Shown here in pieces: positions 28,325-37,200 of a DNA stretch of 64,000 bases (positions are counted from its first letter, which is position 1; the number at the start of each line of letters is the position of its first letter). A program made the position numbers and the translations under genes. This stretch comes from Thalassobaculaceae bacterium (lineage in GTDB: Bacteria; Pseudomonadota; Alphaproteobacteria; Thalassobaculales; Thalassobaculaceae). The stretch is from assembly GCA_965228875.1 (NCBI GenBank), contig OZ245843.1, forward strand, positions 1,594,616 through 1,658,615. The letters are read 5' to 3'. The notes below the pieces were generated by a model that did no database searches, was not told the DNA's origin, and saw only the letters and a list, made by a program, of their open reading frames with translations.

Positions 28325-28373
28325 GACCGCAATATATTGCGGTCCCGATCGCTTCGCACCCCAGTTGTTGTCG
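28325..28373. promoter_or_regulatory. Tandem NrdR-box-like operators upstream of thyX
   Basis: Perfect palindrome GACCGCAATATATTGCGGTC (core CAATATATTG fits CwAtATaTwG); weaker core CCAGTTGTTG 31 bp away. Confidence 0.65.
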
Positions 28374-28596
28374 CGCGCGGTGTTCGGTGACGGACCTCCA
28401 CCGGGTCAGGCCGGTGGCACCGGTCCCCGCCAACCGAATCGCCCCTTCCAGGTGCGGGGCCTACCGGGTATGACCGTGTCCGTGGTCCGGTGCCGTCACG
28501 ATGCCATGGGCGCCCGTAGTTGTTTAAGAATTAGTTTAATTTTTTGTGTTCTAAGGTATGACTTCGTTTCGGACCTTAGGCTCAAGAGATTCACCG

Positions 28597-30327
28597 ATGA
28601 CCGCGAGCGACGGAAGCTTCGCCAAGGACGTCTATAAGATACCCGCCGCGGCGACACCGTCGATCGTGCTGGCGTCGCTTGTCTCGAATCTGATGGCGAC
28701 GGGACTGCCGATCGCCATTCTGATCATCTACGACCGGGTGCTGCCCAACGCCTCGGAATACACCCTCAGCCTGCTGACGGCCGGCGTGCTGGGCGCGATC
28801 CTGATCGACGTCCTGATCCGCATCGCCCGCGGCGCCATCGTCGGTCATCGAGCCGCGCGTTACGGCCACCGGGCCTTTCTCGGCGCCATGGAACGCGTGC
28901 TCGCCGCCGACCCTCGGCACTTCCAGTCGGATTCGACCGCCCTGCATCTGGAGCGGCTCGGCGCCATCGACGCGATCCGGGAGTCGCGGGCCGGCTACCT
29001 GCCTCAGCTTCTGGTCGATTTCCCGTTCTTCATCCTGTTCGTGGCGCTGGTCTTCGCCATCGGCGGACCGCTCGGCTTCGTGCTGCTCGGCTTCGTCGGC
29101 ATCACGGCCGTGGCCGCCGTCGTCTCCGGCCTGAGCGTGCGCAGCCGGATGGAGGCGCGACAGACCAACAACTCCGCCCAGTCCAACTTCCTGATGGAGG
29201 TCCTGAGCGGCATCGCCACGATCAAGTCCTATGCCATGGAGCCGCTGATCAAGCGGCGCTACGAACGGGTAATGGAGTCCAGCGCGACGATCACCGCCAA
29301 GCTCGTCCAGGGCAGCATATCGGCCCAGGCGCTCACCAATCTCGTCACCCAGGCGGCACAGATCTCGATCGTCGCGGCCGGCAGCCTCGCCGTCATCGAC
29401 GGGAACATGACGATCGGCGGTATCGCCGCCTGCATGCTCCTCACCGGACGGGCCCTGCAGCCGTTGAACCGGGCGTCGATGCTGTGGAGCCAGTATCAGT
29501 CGGTGCGCATCGCCAAGCAGCGGATCCGCGAGCTGGAGGCCACGCCGACGATCAGCGCCGGCGGCGGCATCGCGCGCGATACGCTGCATGGCACCATCGA
29601 GTTCCGCGACGTCGACTTCGGCTACAGCAACGGCCGCACGGTCTTCGAAGGATTGAACCTGGCGGTCGACTCCGCCGAGACCGTGCTGATCTCCTCGCGC
29701 GGAAACTGGGGCGGCAAGTCCACGCTGCTGGCGCTGGCGGGGCACATCCTGCTGCCCGACCGCGGCACGGTGCTGTACGACAATATCGAGGCGGAGGCCT
29801 TCGACGACGAGTGGCTGCGCTCGCGGATCGCCTATCTCGGGCAGAATCCGGCGCTCTTCGAGGGAACGATCCTCGACAACATCACCGGCTTCGATCCCTC
29901 CCCCGAGCATGTCGAGGTGGTCGAGGACGTGGCCGAGGAACTCGGGCTCACCGAGGCGGTGTCGAAACTGCCGCTCGGCTTCCAGACCGAGGTGCGGGCG
30001 ACCGGCACCGATACGTTGCCGGCGTCGATCCGCCAGCAGATCCCGATCGTGCGTGCCCTGGCCCGGTTCCCGGACATCATCCTGATCGACGAGTGCAACT
30101 CGAACCTGGACCGCGATGCCGACGACCGGTTCCGCGCCGCCCTGGCGCACCGCCAGACCAGCACGACGATCCTCATGGTGACGCCGCGCCCGTCGTTCCA
30201 GGCCCTCGCCCACCGCGAGATCACGATCGGAAGCGACGTCGTCGGTGCGGCCGAGGCCCACGACGCTCCGACCGTCGACGTCCGCGCGGAACTGCGTGTA
30301 CTCGCCGCGACCGGGAGTCAGCCGTGA
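28597..30327 (+). CDS. Type I secretion ABC transporter subunit 1 (degenerate ATPase, no C39-like domain)
   Basis: IYDRVLP TM start, LLVDFPFFILF and IAACMLLTGRALQP; altered Walker A (SRGNWGGKST), signature (LPASIRQ) and H-loop (VTPR). Confidence 0.85.
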   Translation: MTASDGSFAKDVYKIPAAATPSIVLASLVSNLMATGLPIAILIIYDRVLPNASEYTLSLLTAGVLGAILIDVLIRIARGAIVGHRAARYGHRAFLGAMERVLAADPRHFQSDSTALHLERLGAIDAIRESRAGYLPQLLVDFPFFILFVALVFAIGGPLGFVLLGFVGITAVAAVVSGLSVRSRMEARQTNNSAQSNFLMEVLSGIATIKSYAMEPLIKRRYERVMESSATITAKLVQGSISAQALTNLVTQAAQISIVAAGSLAVIDGNMTIGGIAACMLLTGRALQPLNRASMLWSQYQSVRIAKQRIRELEATPTISAGGGIARDTLHGTIEFRDVDFGYSNGRTVFEGLNLAVDSAETVLISSRGNWGGKSTLLALAGHILLPDRGTVLYDNIEAEAFDDEWLRSRIAYLGQNPALFEGTILDNITGFDPSPEHVEVVEDVAEELGLTEAVSKLPLGFQTEVRATGTDTLPASIRQQIPIVRALARFPDIILIDECNSNLDRDADDRFRAALAHRQTSTTILMVTPRPSFQALAHREITIGSDVVGAAEAHDAPTVDVRAELRVLAATGSQP

Positions 30328-32459
30328 GCAGCATGGTGATCCGCGACGGCCTCGCCGAGGCTCTGCGCCAGGAGGAGATGGGACGCTTCGAGCAGGCGTC
30401 CGACTTCGCCGCGTGCCTGATGCCGCTGCTGACCGCGCTCGGCTGGATGCGCGACGCCGATGCGCTGCTTCGGGCCCTGCCGCACGTGGCCGAGCGCGTG
30501 GATCTGATCGACTTCCGCAACATCCTGGCCGAACTCGGGTATGTCAGCGTCCGCCACAAGGGCAACGCCGCCAACATCGACCCGCGCCTGACGCCCTGCC
30601 TGTTCGTCACCGATTCCGGTGTTCCTCTGGTGATCCTGAGCAGAAGCGGCGGCGAGGTGACGGCGTTCGACAGCCGCACGCGCGAGGTCGTGCGCTTCCG
30701 CGCCTCGCGGGTGGTCGGCTACTTCTACACCTTCGCCCGCGATCAGGACGACGGCGACGCGGCGGCGCAGGAGACGTCCTTCGTCGGCACGCTGTTCCGT
30801 CGGTTCCGGCGCGAGATCGCCATGGTGGCGATCACCAGCGTCATCGGCTCGCTGTTCGGCGTGATCGTGCCGATCTTCGTCATGACCGTCTACGACAGCG
30901 TGATTCCCGCCGCCTCCGCGCAAAGCCTCTACTGGCTGCTCCCCGGCGTCGCCCTCGCCCTGTTCGTCGACTACTGCCTGCGGCAGATCCGCGGCGCGTC
31001 CGTCGCCCACATTGCCGGCCGCATCGACTTCCTGCTGTCGACCGAAGTGTTCCGAAAGATCCTGTCCCTGCCGCCGACCGGATCCGAAGGCAATACCCTC
31101 GGGGCCCAGCTCTCCCGCTTCCGCGGGTTCCAGGGCCTGCGCGACATCATGAACTCGCCGGTCGTCACCCTGGCGCTCGAAGTGCCGCTGATCGTCATGT
31201 CTGTCCTGGTGATCGCGGTCATCGCCCAACCGATCGTGATCGTCCCGCTGGTCGGGCTGGTATGCATCGGCCTCATCGCCGCCCTGTTCGTACCCGCGAT
31301 CCAGCGGGCCGAGCGCCGCTCCGCCTCCGCCCGCGCCGCCCGCGACCAGCTCGCGACCGAGGTGATCTCCAAGCAGCGCAACGTCCGCGCGACGGTGATG
31401 GGGCCGGCCTTCATGGAACGGCTGCGACCGCTCTCCGCCCGTACGGCGCTGGAACGCAACAAGGCGGCCCGCCTCAACACCACGCTGCAGTCGCTGCTTC
31501 ATGGCGTGCTCATGGCGACCGGTCTCATGACCCTGTTCTTCGGCGCCGAGGCGGTGATCAATCAGACCATGACCACCGGCGCCCTGGTGGCGTCCATGGC
31601 GCTGGTGTGGCGCATCCTCGTCCCCGTGCAGATCGGCTGCCAGAGCCTGCCCCGCCTCGCCCAGACCCGGACCACAATCGGCCAGGTCGACCGGCTGATG
31701 CGGGCGAAGTCGGAGGATTCGTCGACGGACGCCCGGGTCGCCGACCATCGCTTCACCTCGAGCATCGCCGTCCGCCGGGTCTCGGTGCGCTACAATCAGG
31801 ACGCCGATCCTGCACTGCTGGCCATCTCCATGGACGTGAAACCGGGAGAGATGGTCGCCCTGATCGGCCCGAGCGGCTCCGGAAAATCCACCCTGCTCAA
31901 GGTGATGGCCGGCCTGCTGCGCCCACAGGCCGGGACGATCTCGTTCGGTGGCGTCGAGATGCGCCACCTCGGCGCGGTCGAGCATCGCCGCAATGTCGGT
32001 TACCTGTCACAGACCACCGACCTGTTCCACGGCACCATCGCCCAGAACCTGCGCCTCGCCCGGCCCGACGCGCCGTTCCAGGCGCTGCGCGACGCCTGCG
32101 ACCGGGCCGGCGTGCTCGACGAGATTGAGAGCCTCCCGGAAGGGTTCGAGACCGTGGTCGGCGACGAGAAGAGCGTCAACCTGCCGGAGAGCTTCCGCCA
32201 GAAGCTCTCGATCGCCCGGATCTGGCTCAAGGACAGTCCCGTCATGCTGCTCGACGAACCGGCCCAGAACCTGGATGTCACCGGCGACGCCGCACTGACC
32301 CGTGAATTGCAGACCCTCAAGGGGCATCGCACGATCTTCTTCGTGACGCACCGGCCGAGCGCGATGCGCCTTGCCGACCGCGTCTTCGAACTGAACCAGG
32401 GTCGCCTCACCGAGATGAAGCGCGACTCCCTCTCGATCTCCGGGACACCCAGCTCATGA
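30324..32459 (+). CDS. Type I secretion ABC transporter subunit 2 with N-terminal C39-like domain
   Basis: GTG overlaps the upstream stop; SDFAACL C39-like segment; VYDSVIP, GPSGSGKST, LLDEP and VTHRP motifs. Confidence 0.88.
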   Translation: MSSMVIRDGLAEALRQEEMGRFEQASDFAACLMPLLTALGWMRDADALLRALPHVAERVDLIDFRNILAELGYVSVRHKGNAANIDPRLTPCLFVTDSGVPLVILSRSGGEVTAFDSRTREVVRFRASRVVGYFYTFARDQDDGDAAAQETSFVGTLFRRFRREIAMVAITSVIGSLFGVIVPIFVMTVYDSVIPAASAQSLYWLLPGVALALFVDYCLRQIRGASVAHIAGRIDFLLSTEVFRKILSLPPTGSEGNTLGAQLSRFRGFQGLRDIMNSPVVTLALEVPLIVMSVLVIAVIAQPIVIVPLVGLVCIGLIAALFVPAIQRAERRSASARAARDQLATEVISKQRNVRATVMGPAFMERLRPLSARTALERNKAARLNTTLQSLLHGVLMATGLMTLFFGAEAVINQTMTTGALVASMALVWRILVPVQIGCQSLPRLAQTRTTIGQVDRLMRAKSEDSSTDARVADHRFTSSIAVRRVSVRYNQDADPALLAISMDVKPGEMVALIGPSGSGKSTLLKVMAGLLRPQAGTISFGGVEMRHLGAVEHRRNVGYLSQTTDLFHGTIAQNLRLARPDAPFQALRDACDRAGVLDEIESLPEGFETVVGDEKSVNLPESFRQKLSIARIWLKDSPVMLLDEPAQNLDVTGDAALTRELQTLKGHRTIFFVTHRPSAMRLADRVFELNQGRLTEMKRDSLSISGTPSS

Positions 32460-33814
32460 GCAACGCCCCCGTCCCCGCCCGCCAAAACCGGGCCGCCGGC
32501 ACACCGGCCGTGCGCCGCACCTCCTACCTCGCCCAGTCGATCCACCTGGAGGAGAGCAGCTCACCGCGGCTGATCCGGCTGACCATCCTGCTGATGGCCT
32601 TCGCGGTGGCCGGCGCCATCGCCTGGGCCGCCACGGCGCGGCTCGACCAGGTCGCGCGGGCCGACGGCGAGGTCATCCCCTCCACCAACGTCACCGTCCT
32701 GCAGCATCTGGAAGGCGGTATCATCGACCAGGTGCTCGTGCGTCCCGGCGACATCGTCGAGTCCGGGGAGACAGTCATACGCATGAGCGCGACCGGCGCC
32801 GGCTCGGAACTGCGCCAGCTGCGCACCCGCGAGGCCGCGCTTTCGCTGCGGCTCGAGCGGCTGTACGCGCGGATCCAGGACCGCGATCCGGATTTCTCGC
32901 CCTGGAGCGGCACCTACCGCGACCTCGTGGCCGAGCAGGTCGAACTGCTCAGCGCCAGCCGCGAGACCCGCCGGAACCGGATGCAGCTGTTCGAGGAGCA
33001 GCTCAAGGATCAGAACATCCAGCTCAAAACGCTGTTGTCTCAGCGGGGCACGATCCAGGAGAGCATCAAACTCGTCGAGGAGGAGGAACGGCTGCGGAAG
33101 GAGCTCCTCGAGAAAGGGCTGACCCGCCGCTTCACCTATCTCGACGTCCTGCGCGACCTGAACAGGACCCGTGGCCAGTTGGTTCAGCTCGACGGCCTGA
33201 TCTCGCGGACCCGCCAGGAGATCGCCGAGATCGAGGCCCGCCGGGTCTCCTTCGAGAGCACGAACGACACCCAGGCACTCGCCGAGATCAGCCAGATCTC
33301 CGCCGAGCGGGCCGAGGTCGTCGAATCGATCCGCCGTTTCGAGGATCGGGTTGCCCGCCTCGAGATCACCTCGCCGGTGCGCGGCGTCGTGCAGGAACTG
33401 GCCTTCACAAGTCCCGGCGCCGTTGTCGCACCCGGCGCCGCGGTGGCGCAGATCGTCCCGATCGACGACGAACTCGTGGTCGAGGTGCTGCTGAATCCCA
33501 AGGACGTGGCCTTCGTCTCGCCCGGACAGGCGGCGACGGTGCGGGTGACCGCCTACGATTTCGCGCAGTTCGGCGGGATGCCGGGCAAGGTGGAGCGCAT
33601 TTCGCCGACGACGATCACCACGGACACGGGCGCCAGCTTCTACACCGTGGTCATCCGACTGGACCACAATCACGCCGGCGAGACCCCCGGCGAGCGCCTG
33701 GTGCTGCCGGGAATGATCGTGCAGGCCGATATCCGGACCTCGGACCGCACCCTGCTCGACTATCTGGCCAAGCCCATCACCCGCGCCTTCCAGGTCGGCT
33801 TCACCGAGCGCTGA
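32456..33814 (+). CDS. HlyD-family type I secretion membrane fusion protein
   Basis: N-terminal TM; LQHLEGGII, coiled coil, ITSPVRGVV, VTAYDFAQFG, PGMIVQADI and LLDYLAKP motifs. Confidence 0.93.
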   Translation: MSNAPVPARQNRAAGTPAVRRTSYLAQSIHLEESSSPRLIRLTILLMAFAVAGAIAWAATARLDQVARADGEVIPSTNVTVLQHLEGGIIDQVLVRPGDIVESGETVIRMSATGAGSELRQLRTREAALSLRLERLYARIQDRDPDFSPWSGTYRDLVAEQVELLSASRETRRNRMQLFEEQLKDQNIQLKTLLSQRGTIQESIKLVEEEERLRKELLEKGLTRRFTYLDVLRDLNRTRGQLVQLDGLISRTRQEIAEIEARRVSFESTNDTQALAEISQISAERAEVVESIRRFEDRVARLEITSPVRGVVQELAFTSPGAVVAPGAAVAQIVPIDDELVVEVLLNPKDVAFVSPGQAATVRVTAYDFAQFGGMPGKVERISPTTITTDTGASFYTVVIRLDHNHAGETPGERLVLPGMIVQADIRTSDRTLLDYLAKPITRAFQVGFTER

Positions 33815-34001
33815 CCCGGTTGGTGGTCGGAGGAAGGCGCCGGCGATCCGGCGCCGCAGGAGCATCAGGGGAAGCAGGCCGCAGGGCGACGCGCGTCACG
33901 GACGTCGTGGCAGGCAGCGCCCTCCAACCGTATAAGGTTGGAGTAGGTTCTCACGAGCCGATGTTCCGATCCGATCGTGATTTTCTCTGTTTTTAATGGC
34001 T

Positions 34002-34050
34002 TAGAGCGCGATCGCTTCAGATCAATTCGATCTGAAGCGATCGCGCTCTA
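34002..34050. repeat. 22-bp perfect inverted repeat (TAGAGCGCGATCGCTTCAGATC-AATTC-GATCTGAAGCGATCGCGCTCTA), REP/MITE-like
   Basis: Read directly; TAGAGC...GCTCTA ends resemble alphaproteobacterial intergenic palindromic elements. Confidence 0.8.
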
Positions 34051-34257
34051 GGCTCTCCGCAGGTTTGGCTCTCCGGCAGTCCGCCAATCGTTGGTCATAA
34101 CGGATAAGGGAGCCTCCCGGACATCCGCGCGCGCTTCACGGTTCAGATGGAAGCATCTGATCGCGATCCGCTCACGGAACCGAGATGGTCCCAGGAGGCA
34201 ACCCGGGGGGCCGGGCAACCTGGGGGCGGGCAGCCCGGCGGCTGCCGGTCCGGGCGG

Positions 34258-37200
34258 TCAGCCCAGACCGGCGACCTGCATGTTGCTGTCGAGGTCCTCG
34301 ACCATCGGCTCGCCGCCGCCGTCACCGCTGTCGCCATCACTCCAGCCGTCGCCGCCGTCATCGCCCTCGGAGCCTTCCTCGCCGCCGCCGACGTCATCGC
34401 CCGCCTCGTTCTCGCTCAGCGAGACCCAGTCGTCGTTCTGATCGGACGCGTCGCCCGACTCGACCTCGGCGAACAGGGCGGCATCTTCGTCGGCATCGTC
34501 GCCGTAGAGGACATCGTCGCCATGGCCGCCGATCAGCGTGTCGTCATCGGCACCGCCGGACAGCGTGTCGTCGCCGTTACCGGCCGACAGGGTGTCATTG
34601 CCCGAACCGCCGGACAGTTCGTCGTCGTCGTGGCTGCCGACGAGCGCATCGTCACCGGCACCGCCCACAAGGGTGTCGTCCGCGTTGCCGCCGGACAGGG
34701 TGTCATTGCCCGAGCCGCCCGACAGGATATCGGCGTCATGGCTGCCTTCCAGCACGTCGTTGCCGGCGCCGCCTGTCAGCGAATCCTGCCCGTTGCCACC
34801 CTCCAGCGTATCGTCGCCCGAGCCGCCGTAGAGCGCGTCGTCGCTATGGCTTCCGTCCAGTGCATCGTTGCCGGCGCCGCCGGACAGGGTGTCGCTGCCG
34901 TTGCCGCCGTTCAGGTCGTCGTTCCCCTCGCCGCCGGAGATCAGGTCGTTGCCGTGACTGCCGTTCAGGGTGTCGTCGCCATCGGAGCCGGTGATCGTCT
35001 CGTCCGCCTGACCGGCACTTCCTGCATCAGCCTCTGATCCGGCAGGTTCACCGCCTCCGCCGCCGCCGTTTCCGCCGTCGCCCGGCTGACCGCTGCCGAA
35101 ATACAGGTCCGTGGTCTCGCCGTCGGTCTCGGCCGAGACCGAGTCGTAGTCGCCGGTCATGGAGAAGCTGGTGTCGCCCGATCCGTCGCCGTCCTGGTCG
35201 ACCGTGACCTGGGTCGTCTCGCCGTCGGACTCCACGGCCACGTTCTCGGCGGTCACGGAACCGGCCACCCGGACGATGTCCTGATTGTCGTAGTCGGTTA
35301 CCAGATCGCCATCGGTCGCGACGAAGGTATCCGCTCCGGTCCCGCCAGCCATGGTATCGGCCCCGGCCCCGCCGTCGATCAGATCGTCGCCATGGCCACC
35401 CGACAGCGTGTCACTGCCGGAACCGCCGTAGATCGTGTCGTCGCCATTGCCGCCGACCAGAAGGTCGTTGCCGCCTTCGGCCGCGGTCAGGGTATCGTCG
35501 CCGGCACCGCCGGTCAGGGTGTCGTCACCGTCCCCACCGGTCAGCGTGTCGTCGCCGGCGCCGCCGCTGAGGCTGTCATTGGCCTCGCCGCCGGTCAGCG
35601 TGTCGTTGCCGACACCGCCGGTGAGGCTGTCCGCCAGCACCTCCGGTCGATCGTCGTCGATCGCGAGATCCGCTGTGGCGGGATCGTTGCTGGCACCGTG
35701 CTCGTCCTCGACCACGACGCTGATCCGCGCCTCGCTTTCGCCGGACGGAGTGTCGGAAAGGGTCAGCGACACCGAGCGCAGCAGTTCGGTGTAGAGCGCC
35801 GGCGAGGCGTCGCCCTGGAACGAGACGACGACACTGCCATCCTCCTGTGCCGAGACCGTCGCGGTGACGCCGGCAATGGATGTGCCGACCGTGACCGTTC
35901 CGGCACTGCCCAGGTTGTCCACCCGGACTTCGGCGCGGGTGATCGAGTCCTCGCGATCGTCGTCGCTGACCTCCACCTGGGACAGCAGCGCGATGCTGCC
36001 GGGGCTGGCCTCGACGTCGCCGCCCACCGTGTCGAGCGACTCGCTGTTGCGGCCGCTGCCGATCATGGCGCTCTCGAAACCGCCGGCTTCGCCGATCGTC
36101 AGGCTGATCGCCTGGACACCGGAGACCACCGGGCCGCGATTGATGTCGGTAACCTCGCCGTCGACAACGAACTGCACGTTCTCGAAGCTGTCGATCTTCA
36201 GATCGAGCCCGTCGAACGCCTTCGTATCCTCGGCGTCGGCGGTACCGTCCCTGATGTCCTGGAAGTAGTCCTTGATGGCGAACGCATCGTCGCCAGCCCG
36301 ACCTTCCAGTGCATCGGAGGACATCTCGACCCGCAGCGTATCGGTGCCGGCCCCGCCGCGGTAATCGTCGGTTCCCCGGGTGTTTCGGTTCGCATCCACG
36401 TCGAACACGCCGACATCGTTTCCGTCACCGAGATCCACGGTATCCGCACCGGCGCCGCCGGCCGCCGTGTCGTTGCCGGAACCGGCGACGATCTGGTCGT
36501 TGCCCGCGCCGCCCGAGAGCTGGTCGCGGCCGCTGCCTGCGCTGATCGTGTCGTTGCCGGCGCCGCCATCGACCTGATTGTTGCCGTCGCCGGCCCGCAA
36601 CAGATCGTTGCCCGCTCCACCGGAAATCGTGTCGCGGCCGGAGCCGGCACTGACGATGTCGTCGCCCCGACCGGCCTCGACGCTGTTGTCGCCGGCACCG
36701 GCGACGATCGTGTCCTCACCCTTGCCGGTGCGGATCACGTCGCTGCCCGATCCGGCCACCACCCGGTTGTCGCCGTCCCCGGCATCCACGGTGTTGCGCC
36801 CCTCTCCGACCTCGATACGGTCGTCGCCCGAGCCTGCGGTCACGGCGTCGTTGCCACGGCCGGCATAGACCTGGTTGTCGCCCTTGCCGACATCGATGTC
36901 GTTGTTGCCGTCGCCGGCCCGCACCGTGTCGTCATGGTTGCCCGAAGAGATCGTGTCGGAGCCCGAGCCCGCCGAGATCTCGTTGTCGCCATGGCCGGCC
37001 GAGATCTCGTTATTGCCGTCGCCGGCACGGATGGTGTCGTCGCCCCCGCCCGCCGAAATGGTGTCCGAGCCGGAACCGGCACTCACGACATTGCGGCCGT
37101 CGCCGGCGTCGATCCGATTGTTGCCGTCACCGGCATGGATCGTGTCCCGTCCGGAGCCGGCGTCGATCACATCGTTGCCGGAGCCCGTGACCACCCGGTT

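Noticed and set aside
589..28473. Many long overlapping ORFs (e.g. 589-1809, 4315-5910, 9743-11788, 20827-22974, 27034-28473)
   Set aside because: Antisense or alternate-frame shadows typical of high-GC DNA; each overlaps a well-supported gene and lacks motifs.
29484..30323. Upstream extension of ABC subunit 2 (991-aa ORF)
   Set aside because: Out-of-frame overlap with subunit 1; the GTGA coupling at 30324 is the plausible start.
34049..34099. 16-codon minus-strand ORF (MTNDWRTAGEPNLRRA) ending at the palindrome's TAG
   Set aside because: Too short, the SD is too distant (about 14 nt) and there is no recognisable motif.
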